A stretch of 55,213 bases of DNA from Nanobdellati archaeon (lineage in GTDB: Archaea; B1Sed10-29; WALL01): NCBI GenBank assembly GCA_015522845.1, contig WALL01000009.1, positions 1 through 55,213 of the forward strand. The letters run 5' to 3'. Of this stretch, positions 1 through 8,417 are shown in pieces. The translations under genes were made by a program, and so were the position numbers. Under the pieces are notes generated by a model. The model was given only the letters and a program-made list of their open reading frames with translations. It did no database searches and was not told the DNA's origin. The first letter of the stretch is position 1. Each line of letters opens with the position of its first letter.

Positions 1-17
1 TTCATTTCCCCACCACC

Positions 18-78
18 GGCCCTTTTTCTGTTACGGGGCCACAAGGGCCCCGCCCGATGGAAAAGCGTCGACGGAAAA
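18..78. repeat. Short interspersed element (core-1 family, gene-sense orientation) lying between two copies of the 3' end of the adjacent pilin gene
   Basis: ggccctttttctgttac...ggaaaagcgtcgacggaaaa matches the ends of the 41-nt core seen at 21882, 23937 and 30171. It has an internal hairpin CGGGGCC-acaa-GGGCCCCG and is flanked by the 16-nt direct repeat tcatttccccaccacc (2..17 and 79..94). Confidence 0.6.
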
Positions 79-510
79 TCATTTCCCCACCACCAGCGTT
101 GCTATTGCATATTTTCCAGCTATTGAGTTTGGCTTGAAGGGGATTGCTATTGCATATGCCCTCTTCCCGACTGGCCCGCTCTGCACCGAGAATGTGCCCG
201 CCGGTGCCATCGAGCCGTTGTATTCGCGTATGTTCAGCAGCGCATTCATTGGCAGGCCGTAGTTGGACAGCTCGGAGAGCACCAGCGCCCTCGCGCTGCC
301 TGTGTCCCCCCTATCGGTTAGCGCAACCGCTGCTGCCAGTGTGCCGTCGCTTTTCATAGCATATAGCGCGCTCTCCCCCTGCTTGTAACTAGCAAGGCTC
401 ACCATGTCTGAGCGGCTTACGTTTGAGAGCGTAATGAGCAGCAGCATAAGTATGGCAATCCCAATGGCAACAGCAATTGAGATATCTATGCTTAGGTAAA
501 ATCCCCTCAC
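79..510 (-). CDS. Small prepilin-like protein (class III signal peptide)
   Basis: The GTG start overlaps the upstream stop (GTGA) and has GGAGGTG about 6 nt upstream. The N-terminus MRGFYLSIDISIAVAIGIAILMLLLI is a short charged leader, a Gly, then a hydrophobic helix. The ORF-track start at 534 is TTG and looks less likely. Confidence 0.6.
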   Translation of the reverse strand: MRGFYLSIDISIAVAIGIAILMLLLITLSNVSRSDMVSLASYKQGESALYAMKSDGTLAAAVALTDRGDTGSARALVLSELSNYGLPMNALLNIREYNGSMAPAGTFSVQSGPVGKRAYAIAIPFKPNSIAGKYAIATLVVGK

Positions 511-950
511 GGCAGCACCTCCCTTTGTGCCCAAATGGCCATCACAAGCTTTGCCGGAGTGCCACCGTAGTCAACAGCCCTGCTAAATGACATTACCTTT
601 TCTGCCCCATAGCTGTAGCTGCCTGCACCGAGTGCCTCGGTCCCATTAAGCCACAGCAGCTTTAGCGAGTAGTTCCAGCCTGGCCCGAGCTCGCTCCGTA
701 TGGCGCTGTCGCCCTGGGCGAAGAACTGCTGCACTGCTGTCTTGTTCAGGCAGTAGGGGGCGTATGTGTACTCATCCGAATAGCATAGGTAGTCCAGCCC
801 GGCAATTGCCTTTGCGCTCATTTCATCCGTAAGGTCTTTCTCGCGCATTGTGGTGCTGACCCAGACAGCCATCATGCTTATGGCAAGCATCATGACCATG
901 AAGATTCCATATGCAGCAATTAGGTCCATTGTAAATACCTGGCCCCTCAT
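507..950 (-). CDS. Small prepilin-like protein (class III signal peptide)
   Basis: The ATG at 950 overlaps the upstream stop (ATGA) and is preceded by GGAGG. The N-terminus MRGQVFTMDLIAAYGIFMVMMLAI fits the archaeal prepilin peptidase motif [KR]G followed by a hydrophobic segment. Confidence 0.65.
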   Translation of the reverse strand: MRGQVFTMDLIAAYGIFMVMMLAISMMAVWVSTTMREKDLTDEMSAKAIAGLDYLCYSDEYTYAPYCLNKTAVQQFFAQGDSAIRSELGPGWNYSLKLLWLNGTEALGAGSYSYGAEKVMSFSRAVDYGGTPAKLVMAIWAQREVLP

Positions 951-1360
951 ATGCGCCTCCATACAATAACTGTGCGGTTGCTATTGGTTACATAGTTTGT
1001 CCCGCCCCCGACGTTACTTAGCACTGCATCCCCAAAGAATTCCGCAACGCCGTAGCTGCTTGTATTCTCGTCCCCAATTATGTCTATTTCAATACTGCTG
1101 TTTCCGTAGTGCACGGTGTAGTTATGCCCTTCTATCTGTTCGGGCAGCTCAAATGAGCCGAAGTAGCCGTCGCCCGCGAGTTGTGCGGCGCTTATTGCAT
1201 CAGCAACCCTCTTCGCGTAGAACCCTGCCTCGTAGTTCTGGTTGTCGAATGGCAGCAGCCCGGCGAACGAAGTGGTTATGTAAAGCACAAAAATGCCATA
1301 AATGAGCACAGCTACGCCTGCTGTCCCAAGGAACTCATAGCTGAACTGGCCCTTTTCCAT
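947..1360 (-). CDS. Small prepilin-like protein (class III signal peptide)
   Basis: ATG start with GAGGT upstream. The N-terminus MEKGQFSYEFLGTAGVAVLIYGIFVLYI has the same MEKGQ..(E)(Y/F)L signature as the pilin at 54511. Confidence 0.7.
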   Translation of the reverse strand: MEKGQFSYEFLGTAGVAVLIYGIFVLYITTSFAGLLPFDNQNYEAGFYAKRVADAISAAQLAGDGYFGSFELPEQIEGHNYTVHYGNSSIEIDIIGDENTSSYGVAEFFGDAVLSNVGGGTNYVTNSNRTVIVWRRI

Positions 1361-1367
1361 AATTACC

Positions 1368-3821
1368 TCATGGCGAGCAGCTGATGTTGAGGTTTATGTT
1401 GTCAAACCGGAACTCCGCCCACTCGCCGTTGTCCCAATCATGCACCTTTCCGCCAAAGTCCGCGTAATATGTCCCCGCGCCGGTTATGTAGCTGCTTACG
1501 TCGATTGCCTCCGAGCCGGATGTGCTGGACGGGTTGGATTGGTAGAGTATGTCATTTGTTGAGTCGTCCCCGTACCCGCCGTCCTGGCTTCCGAGATAGT
1601 TCATCCCACTGCTGTTGCCAAACCTGGCCTTCACCCATATGTAGTCGTTGTCAAACAATCCGCCGAGCCCATGGTTTGTGAACGACCAGTCGAAGTAAAG
1701 TGTCGCATTCCCGCCATTACTTATTTCAGTGTACATCCCAGGCGTTATCGTGAACTGCACCCCGAAGGCGCCGCTTCCTGAACCGTCGTCTGAGCAGCCG
1801 TTGTTGACGTCGCCTATCTCTATCTTCAGGTCATCGTCGCTGTCGACACCGCTGCTGACAGCAGTTGTTGTTGGGTTGGTAGCACTTACGTACTGCTGCC
1901 CGGCGAAGTAAACACAGCTGCTCCCGCTGCTGTATGTGTTCCAGTCCCAGTCCCAGCCGTCGTCGCCCGCATCAGCACCGAATGTGTTTGCCGTTGTATT
2001 GAGCCCGCCCGTGAAGTCCACCGGCTGCGGCTTGTCGCTGTCAAGCTCCCATATGTCAACTGTGTAGGGGCAGCTCTTGTTGTTTGTGAACGACGTGCTG
2101 TTCGACAGCCAGTTGTCGTTGGTATCATTTGCGTAGAACACAACAGTATGCGCCCCGCCGCCAATGCCCGACACGTATTTAGATGCGCTCTTGTTGGTAG
2201 TGTTCATGCTCTGGTTTGCCCCGCCATCCAGCGAATACCATGCACTGTCAAGCACGGCGTTCGAGCTCACGTTAAACCACATGGAACTTGTCTGGTATGT
2301 TGTGTTTTCCGGCGAAAGGATGTTTAGCTCCCTGATTGCCTCCCCGTAACACACCTCAAAAGCCATCCAGTCTATGTATGCTGTAGTCTTAGTAAGCGAA
2401 TCTGAGAGGTAGTCCACCCGCGTGCCTATCCATTTTGCCTGGCCGATTGTGCTTGAGACATTTGTTTTGTTCACTGTGCATACATCTATTATGTCGGACA
2501 AGGAGCTGCTAGACATTGTGCACACGGTCTTTCCCCAGCCGTTGCTGGTGAGCCACTGGAGTATAGGTGTGATATCCTCCATCCCATCCCCCTCGTGGTG
2601 CTCCACCCACTCGGTCATGTTGTAAATCACAGTATCGCTCCCGCTTCCCGGAAGCGCGAACGAGAAAGCACCCTCTATAAACGCAAGATTGTCCTTCTGG
2701 ACATTTGGCTCCTCAACATAAACATCATCGCTGTAGCGGGCGTTTTCAGTTTCGTTTTCGTATTCCCCATTTATGGCCCAGAGCAGCGACGCATTGAAGC
2801 ACCACGGCTCCGGCCCGTAGTCCGTCGTGAACCAGACGTCGTCAGTCCCCGACTTGCCGTTGTCCCCGACACACATGAGTGTCAGGTGCTGCGGGCCGCC
2901 GGTTGTCATTATTGTGGTGTTTCCCCCTATCGTGACCACGTCCCCCCCATTGATTGTGTAGCCGCACCAGTCGGTGGTCCCGTTGACAGTGTAGGTGAGG
3001 TTTGTGGGATAGCTAGTGTAAGTGGTGTTCGTTGGCTCGATTATGTGCACAAGCAGCCCGCCTGCTATGCCATTACCTGTCCCGCTGCCGGTGACTATGA
3101 CCTTCAGGTAGATGCTGTCCGTGGCGTTGCCGTCGCTTGCCACGATCGTTCCGGTGTATTCGCCAAATGCAGTCCCTGAAGGCACGCTTATTGTCACATT
3201 AGTGGAGTTGCTTGATAGTGCATTGAGCGAGAGCGAGCTATCCCCAAGCGATGCCCATGACCCGACATCCCCTGCAGCGCTAAGCGATATCTGCCGCGCA
3301 TAGCCGCCAACTTCAGTTGCGTTCAGCACAAAGCTAGAGTTTTGCCCAGGCTCCAGGTTCACGGTGTAGCTTGTCGGGCTAAGCACAAAGCCAAGCTCGT
3401 ATGGAGAGATAAGGACATACCCTTCAGGCATCTTCTCCACCTGGAAACGGAAGTTCCCGCTGTTGCCCGGCCATGCCCCCCGGACCTCTCCCTGTGTGTC
3501 CTTAAACACATCCGTGATTCCGCCCGTTTGAGTGTAGACGGCAAGGTTTATTTCCTGCCCGCCCGTTGCGGTGGGATGGCCGATGTAGCTGTCGGCCCAC
3601 TTGACCCCGCTAGGGATATAGGCATCGACAAGCTGCTTCGCGCCCGGAGCCTGGTAATAAATGTAGTCCGCCGTCTTCGCCAGCGAGCTCACGGCCAGGT
3701 CCGCCTGCAGCACCCTTGACGACTCGCTTGCCTGTGTGAACACGTAATAGCCCGCCGGAAGTATCAAAAGCAATATAAATCCTAGTATCAAAAGGAACTC
3801 TGTGGCAGCCTGCCCGCGCAT
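1368..3821 (-). CDS. Giant (817 aa) prepilin-like surface protein/adhesin, N-x-S/T-rich
   Basis: The N-terminus MRGQAATEFLLILGFILLLILPAGYYVF is a class III signal peptide. The rest is rich in Asn/Ser/Thr/Gly with many N-x-S/T sequons (NSS, NAT, NST, NVT, NTT, NLT, NGT and others). It is the first gene of a four-gene pilin operon. Confidence 0.75.
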   Translation of the reverse strand: MRGQAATEFLLILGFILLLILPAGYYVFTQASESSRVLQADLAVSSLAKTADYIYYQAPGAKQLVDAYIPSGVKWADSYIGHPTATGGQEINLAVYTQTGGITDVFKDTQGEVRGAWPGNSGNFRFQVEKMPEGYVLISPYELGFVLSPTSYTVNLEPGQNSSFVLNATEVGGYARQISLSAAGDVGSWASLGDSSLSLNALSSNSTNVTISVPSGTAFGEYTGTIVASDGNATDSIYLKVIVTGSGTGNGIAGGLLVHIIEPTNTTYTSYPTNLTYTVNGTTDWCGYTINGGDVVTIGGNTTIMTTGGPQHLTLMCVGDNGKSGTDDVWFTTDYGPEPWCFNASLLWAINGEYENETENARYSDDVYVEEPNVQKDNLAFIEGAFSFALPGSGSDTVIYNMTEWVEHHEGDGMEDITPILQWLTSNGWGKTVCTMSSSSLSDIIDVCTVNKTNVSSTIGQAKWIGTRVDYLSDSLTKTTAYIDWMAFEVCYGEAIRELNILSPENTTYQTSSMWFNVSSNAVLDSAWYSLDGGANQSMNTTNKSASKYVSGIGGGAHTVVFYANDTNDNWLSNSTSFTNNKSCPYTVDIWELDSDKPQPVDFTGGLNTTANTFGADAGDDGWDWDWNTYSSGSSCVYFAGQQYVSATNPTTTAVSSGVDSDDDLKIEIGDVNNGCSDDGSGSGAFGVQFTITPGMYTEISNGGNATLYFDWSFTNHGLGGLFDNDYIWVKARFGNSSGMNYLGSQDGGYGDDSTNDILYQSNPSSTSGSEAIDVSSYITGAGTYYADFGGKVHDWDNGEWAEFRFDNINLNISCSP

Positions 3822-3836
3822 GAGCTACTAAATGAG

Positions 3837-3851
3837 TATATAATATATAAA
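3837..3851. promoter_or_regulatory. TATA-like element in a 39-nt divergent intergenic spacer (possible bidirectional, leaderless promoters)
   Basis: tatataatatataaa lies about 10-24 nt from the ATG at 3861 (+) and about 16-30 nt from the ATG at 3821 (-). There is no room for a leader or SD on either side. Confidence 0.35.
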
Positions 3852-3860
3852 GCTGATTAA

Positions 3861-4496
3861 ATGGCTAAAATAAAAACAGGCATCAAAGAATTCAATGAGA
3901 TAGCCACAGGGCTTCCAATGCCGTCTGCAATCCTCGTGCAAGGCCCGCCGGGTGCTGGCAAGTCAATATTTTCGCTGCTGCTAATGGACACCAGGGGGAA
4001 GGAGAAAAAAGTTGTGCTGCTCACAAACAACACCCCTGCTGAAATCAAGGAGGAGATGAAGGCCTCTAAAATAGGGTTCGAGCCAGGCATAATTGACTGC
4101 TATTCCTGGCTAAGCGGCGGCAAGGCGGCGGTTGACTCCCTTGCCAACTTGAGCAAGGTAACATTCCTCATTGAGGATGCCATCAGTGAGGGGGCCATCG
4201 TGCTTTTTGACTCGCTGACGCCGCTTATTCTCTACAATTCCGAGGAGGAGATAGAGCGCTTCATGCAGCAGGCCATTGCAATTGTTAAGTCCAAGGGCGC
4301 ACTGATACTGTTCACTCTTGACTCTAGCACCTATCCAAGCGATGCAGAGGAGACCTTCCGCTCGCTCTGCGATGGGGTGATAAGCCTAGACCCTGCTAAG
4401 GGGCTCACCATACTAAAAATGCGCGGCATGCAGGCACCCTCAAAGCCGTTCTTCTATGAGATAGGCGCAAAAGGGTTTAAGCTGAGGGCAAGATAG
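3861..4496 (+). CDS. KaiC/RecA-superfamily single-domain ATPase (paralog 1)
   Basis: Walker A GPPGAGKS, Walker B-like IVLFDSLT, and C-terminal LTILKMRG as in KaiC/RadA-like ATPases. Confidence 0.8.
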   Translation: MAKIKTGIKEFNEIATGLPMPSAILVQGPPGAGKSIFSLLLMDTRGKEKKVVLLTNNTPAEIKEEMKASKIGFEPGIIDCYSWLSGGKAAVDSLANLSKVTFLIEDAISEGAIVLFDSLTPLILYNSEEEIERFMQQAIAIVKSKGALILFTLDSSTYPSDAEETFRSLCDGVISLDPAKGLTILKMRGMQAPSKPFFYEIGAKGFKLRAR

Positions 4497-4542
4497 CAAG
4501 TTTAAACCCCCCTTAGAAAGGTTTAAATTCGCTGTTGCTGTA

Positions 4543-4881
4543 ATGTATCCAATGGCTAAGCTAAAGGGGATTGAGCTAGAAGACGACCACTTCCTTGTTA
4601 GCTTCCGCATAAGCAAAAGGGAATATGACCTTTTCAAGCACGGGAATAAGCACTTTTTGCTGGTCCCATTAAGTGGGATGTACAACCAGCTGACAATAGG
4701 CACACTTGGCAACTCCTACCGCCTTATGCTCCCCAAGAAATTCCTGAAGGAGCACGGGATAGCCGAGGACAAGCTGCCAAAAAAAGCAGATGCAGGGGTG
4801 TTTTCGATAGGCGGCGAGAAATACCTCACGGTTAGGATATCTAGCTCCACACTTGGGGAGCCACAGTTTGAGGGTGAATGA
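4543..4881 (+). CDS. AbrB/SpoVT-like small DNA-binding protein (tentative)
   Basis: GNSYRLMLPKKFLKEHGIAEDK resembles the swapped-hairpin (x-x-IPK-x-x-R-x-x-LGI) signature. The gene sits between two KaiC-like genes. Confidence 0.4.
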   Translation: MYPMAKLKGIELEDDHFLVSFRISKREYDLFKHGNKHFLLVPLSGMYNQLTIGTLGNSYRLMLPKKFLKEHGIAEDKLPKKADAGVFSIGGEKYLTVRISSSTLGEPQFEGE

Positions 4882-4882
4882 A

Positions 4883-5557
4883 ATGAAGCGCTATACTACT
4901 GGGCTATCCAACCTGGATAAGCTCATTGGGGGGGGGCTGCCAGAGCATACTGTTACGCTGCTGAGCGGCAATGCGGGCACAGGCAAAACCCTGTTTGCAC
5001 TTAATTTCCTCCTTGCTGGCGCAAAGAAAGGCGAGAAGGGCGTGTTCGTCTCCCTCAATGAGGGCAAGGGCGACCTGCTCCGCGCCTGCGATGGCATTGC
5101 CCAGCTAAAGCCAATCAGGAAATACCTCAACAAGAGCATACTAATCCAGGAGATTGACCTTGAGGAGGTAATCGACCTGGAATACTTCACAAAGATATTT
5201 GAGAAGTACTCAAATGTAGACCGCGTTGCCATTGACAACGTCAACAAGCTGCTTCTCTTTTCGAACGGCGACAAGGACTACCGCATCAACCTATCCCGTG
5301 TAATTAAGAACCTCCGCGCAAACGTCGGCTCCTCACTGCTGCTTTGCGAAACGCTCGACCATACGCTTGACACCAACCGTGGCGAGACCTACGAGGCAGA
5401 CGGTGTCATCAACCTATCCTTCCTTGAGGTAGAGGAAAAGCCAAGCCGCACGCTCGAAATAACAAAGATGCGCTACACCCCGTTTGATGCCTATGTCCAG
5501 CACGAGCTCTCAATCTCGAAGAAAGGCTTAAAACTGACCAAGGCGAAATTTATCTGA
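4883..5557 (+). CDS. KaiC/RecA-superfamily single-domain ATPase (paralog 2)
   Basis: MKRYTTGLSNLDKLIGGGLPEHTVTLLSGNAGTGKT (Walker A), VAIDNVN (Walker B) and LEITKMR. The ATG at 4883 lies 1 nt after the upstream stop, with GAGGGTGA upstream. Confidence 0.8.
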   Translation: MKRYTTGLSNLDKLIGGGLPEHTVTLLSGNAGTGKTLFALNFLLAGAKKGEKGVFVSLNEGKGDLLRACDGIAQLKPIRKYLNKSILIQEIDLEEVIDLEYFTKIFEKYSNVDRVAIDNVNKLLLFSNGDKDYRINLSRVIKNLRANVGSSLLLCETLDHTLDTNRGETYEADGVINLSFLEVEEKPSRTLEITKMRYTPFDAYVQHELSISKKGLKLTKAKFI

Positions 5558-6582
5558 TGAGGCTTTCCCACTCGCTGCATAGGGGCATACTTGAAGCAAC
5601 AGTGGGAGCACTTTTTAACCAGCTGATGATGGCCAGCGTTAGGCGGCGGAGGAATACGCTTTTTTTTGAGGGGATTGTGGCGGAGTACATCCGGGTATGC
5701 GAGCAGAGTGGCTACGCTGACAGGATGTTCAGCATTGGGCATAAGTGGTTCAGCATGATATTCTCAAGGCTATTCTCAAACAGGATATGGCATATGGGCC
5801 AAATGCTCGTCTTGGATAATGTCATACGCCCCCTTTGGATATCGCTGGGGGCGTTGGATGACATGGAAGTGGAGCTGCATGGCAGGGAGATATCCGTTGT
5901 AACGTACAACGACTCAATCATCCGGCTCATTGGGCCAAACCAGTTCTATGTGGGGATGGTGGTCGGGGGGCTTTCCCTCCTTTTCGGCAAAAAGGCAAAA
6001 TGCATAAAGGCACTGCAGACAAAGGCCAAGAGCAGCTACAGGCTGGTGCTTTTAGACGAGCCCCCCACGCAGTACCCCTCCATTCCGCTTGATGCCTACA
6101 ACGAAAAAAACCGCTTCACTCCGGAACCCGGGTTCAACCTGCAAATGGCCCTAAAGCAGAGAATGTTCGTTTTGGACGGCAACCATATAAAGTTTAGAGG
6201 GCGGGGGATATGGCATGTTGAGAACACAATATTCCACCTGCTCAGCAGCGAGAAAATCCTTCTCGACAAGGTTCCCCGTATATCCTATAACTACTTTAGG
6301 GAGGTTATCCAAAAAGGGGCAGGCAGCAAGGAAAAGCTCCGGATTCTAAAAACCCTTCTGCAGGTGATGGGATGGGGCAAGTTTAGCTTTGAGATGCAAG
6401 GGAAGTCAATTATCGTGAAAGCAACCAACCTGCCGGTTGGCTTCCAGAAAGGGAAAAGCGACTGGTCATTCCTATTCAGAGTCATAGAGGGGTATAGCTG
6501 GCTGATAAATAGGGGATACCGCCTGGCCTCGCTGGAGCAGGCACACAACTCTGCAATTGCCCGCTATTCCCTAACGGAATAG
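5557..6582 (+). CDS. Hypothetical protein with two V4R-like halves (tentative)
   Basis: The start overlaps the upstream stop (TGATG). The C-terminal part LLQVMGWGKFSFEMQGKSIIVKATNLP...FRVIEGYSWLINRGY, and the central part YVGMVVGGLSLLFGKKAKCI, resemble V4R (4-vinyl reductase) domains but lack the full Cys set. Confidence 0.4.
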   Translation: MRLSHSLHRGILEATVGALFNQLMMASVRRRRNTLFFEGIVAEYIRVCEQSGYADRMFSIGHKWFSMIFSRLFSNRIWHMGQMLVLDNVIRPLWISLGALDDMEVELHGREISVVTYNDSIIRLIGPNQFYVGMVVGGLSLLFGKKAKCIKALQTKAKSSYRLVLLDEPPTQYPSIPLDAYNEKNRFTPEPGFNLQMALKQRMFVLDGNHIKFRGRGIWHVENTIFHLLSSEKILLDKVPRISYNYFREVIQKGAGSKEKLRILKTLLQVMGWGKFSFEMQGKSIIVKATNLPVGFQKGKSDWSFLFRVIEGYSWLINRGYRLASLEQAHNSAIARYSLTE

Positions 6583-7365
6583 GCCGATAACGGACACAAG
6601 GATTATCCCAACGCGCATATAGTGGTGTGCCAGCCCGCTGTCTGAGCTTGCATAGGCAACAAGAGTGGAGGCAGCCAAAAAGGGGACAAGCCACAGCAGG
6701 AAAGGGACATTGCTGGCAATGACCATAATGCCCGCAACAGCAAAAGACAGCGCAACCACAGGTCTTGCCCGCCCAATCCCAAATAATGCGGCATATGTCC
6801 TCACTCCTGCCAGGCGGTCGCCATGTACATCCCGCATATCAGCAAGGACGCTCATCCCGAATATGATGGCAAATACCGCAATGGCGACCGCCGCCACAGC
6901 TGTGCTGAGCGGCCCGCCAGAGAAAACACCATAAAGAAAGTCAAGCAAGAAGCCAACTGCTATCGACATGTTCTTCAGATGCAAAATTCTCTTCCAGCCG
7001 AGCACGGAGTACATAAAGCCAATGGCGCCACCTCCCAGCAGCAACAAGAGGGGGAGCATCCCAAGCGCACCTGCCATGCATGCCGCGGCTATGGCACAGG
7101 CAGCTGAGACAAGCACCCCACTTTTTGAGGTGGCATAGCTGTTGATTCCCCTTCTGTTTGCGTAATCCTCTACAGTGTCAGTGTGTGTGTTGAACGAGTA
7201 GATGGAAATGATAAACAAGAACGCAGAGAGGAAGACAGTGGGCAGCTGGGCTGGAGCCCCACCCGCAAGCGTATAGCCCAGCACAGATATGGCCGCTGCA
7301 GATAGCCCAATCTTTATCCGGAGGTATCCCAAAATCTCAGAAAGGGGCAGCCTATTTTTTCTCAC
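6571..7365 (-). CDS. UbiA-family aromatic/isoprenoid prenyltransferase (polytopic membrane protein)
   Basis: Two Asp-rich motifs, NTHTDTVEDYANRRG and DMRDVHGDRLAGVRT, embedded in 8-9 hydrophobic helices. Confidence 0.75.
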   Translation of the reverse strand: MRKNRLPLSEILGYLRIKIGLSAAAISVLGYTLAGGAPAQLPTVFLSAFLFIISIYSFNTHTDTVEDYANRRGINSYATSKSGVLVSAACAIAAACMAGALGMLPLLLLLGGGAIGFMYSVLGWKRILHLKNMSIAVGFLLDFLYGVFSGGPLSTAVAAVAIAVFAIIFGMSVLADMRDVHGDRLAGVRTYAALFGIGRARPVVALSFAVAGIMVIASNVPFLLWLVPFLAASTLVAYASSDSGLAHHYMRVGIILVSVIGLFR

Positions 7366-8308
7366 TATGCTTCCCCTTCACAAACCGCCGCTTTTGACCG
7401 ATTGTTTCCGGCGGAAAGTTCTCATAGGTTAGAGGGTTTTTACGGACGCTCTTCACATGTATCCCTGACTCGTGTGCAAACGCGTTGTCGCCCACCCACG
7501 GCTTGTGCGGGCTGAGGGGGATGCCGCTGTACTCCCGCACCATTTTGCCTATCTCATGTATGAGCCCGATTTTCCACCCCCCATCCTGCCCGTACAGGTA
7601 CTTCAAGGCGAGTGTGACCTCCTCAATTGGCGCATTGCCCGCCCGCTCGCCAATGCCGCAGAACGTTCCGGAGAACGCATCTGCCCCCGCCTCGATTGCC
7701 GCAAGCGTGTTTGCGGTCGCCATCCCAAAGTCGTTGTGGTGGTGCGCCTCGATTCTGCAGTGCGCCCTTTCCTTCAGCTCGCTGAACAGCGAGTGGCTTT
7801 GTGCCGGCGTCATACAGCCAAGCGTATCGCCAACAAGCAGGTAGCCGATGTCGTCCTGTACAGCTTCCATGAACTCAAACAGGTACGCTTTGTCGGCACG
7901 GCTTGAGTCCTCGGCGGCATAATCAACACTCATGCCATAGTCGTGGCAGTAGTCAATCATGTCAAGCGCATAGCTAATGTTCTCCTCCCGTGTCCAGCCG
8001 AGCTTGTGCTCGAGGTGGATGTCCGAGACCGGCGAGACGAGAAGCACCCTCTTAACGCCGCAGCGTGCTGCAGCATCAACATCCGTCCTGCGCAGCCTGG
8101 CCAGCGCCCGTATCTCCGCCTTCAGGCCAAGCTCAACAAGCTCTTTTGTCACCCTTTCCTCTTCGGCTGACACTATGGGCATGTTTTCAATGAGCGATAC
8201 GCCAAACTCATCGATTTTCTCCGCGAGTGCCAGCTTCTGCTCAGGCGAGAAGCTTACGCCCGGCATCTGCTCCCCATCGCGCAGTGTCGTGTCAAAGATT
8301 TCGACCAT
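7352..8308 (-). CDS. HMGL-like synthase (homocitrate/2-isopropylmalate/citramalate synthase family), catalytic domain only
   Basis: MVEIFDTTLRDGEQMPGVSF..., HHHNDFGMATANTLAAIEAGA and HESGIH. At 318 aa it has no C-terminal LeuA-type regulatory domain. Confidence 0.8.
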   Translation of the reverse strand: MVEIFDTTLRDGEQMPGVSFSPEQKLALAEKIDEFGVSLIENMPIVSAEEERVTKELVELGLKAEIRALARLRRTDVDAAARCGVKRVLLVSPVSDIHLEHKLGWTREENISYALDMIDYCHDYGMSVDYAAEDSSRADKAYLFEFMEAVQDDIGYLLVGDTLGCMTPAQSHSLFSELKERAHCRIEAHHHNDFGMATANTLAAIEAGADAFSGTFCGIGERAGNAPIEEVTLALKYLYGQDGGWKIGLIHEIGKMVREYSGIPLSPHKPWVGDNAFAHESGIHVKSVRKNPLTYENFPPETIGQKRRFVKGKHSEKK

Positions 8309-8417
8309 CAGCGTGAATACTGCCGCCGTATATAAATAGCTTTCATTTTGTTAAAACAATTCATCAATGCGTTTAAACCACTATCTGTTTTTATATAAGA
8401 ACTTCCTCCTAGATATA

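Noticed and set aside
2595-3179. A 194-aa plus-strand ORF, and several others between 1469 and 3719
   Set aside because: All are antisense or out of frame within the 817-aa prepilin-like gene, which has a clear signal peptide and continuous coding signal.
8367-8417. Longer N-termini offered by the ORF track for several genes (8367, 11277, 14131, 4853, 17518, 46858, 48785, 50674, 54496, 28846)
   Set aside because: In each case an internal ATG coincides with the conserved family N-terminus. It also has an SD-like GGAGG/GGTG upstream, a stop-start overlap with the previous gene, or (8418) a TATA-like tract suggesting a leaderless transcript. The extensions overlap neighbouring genes or use TTG/GTG.
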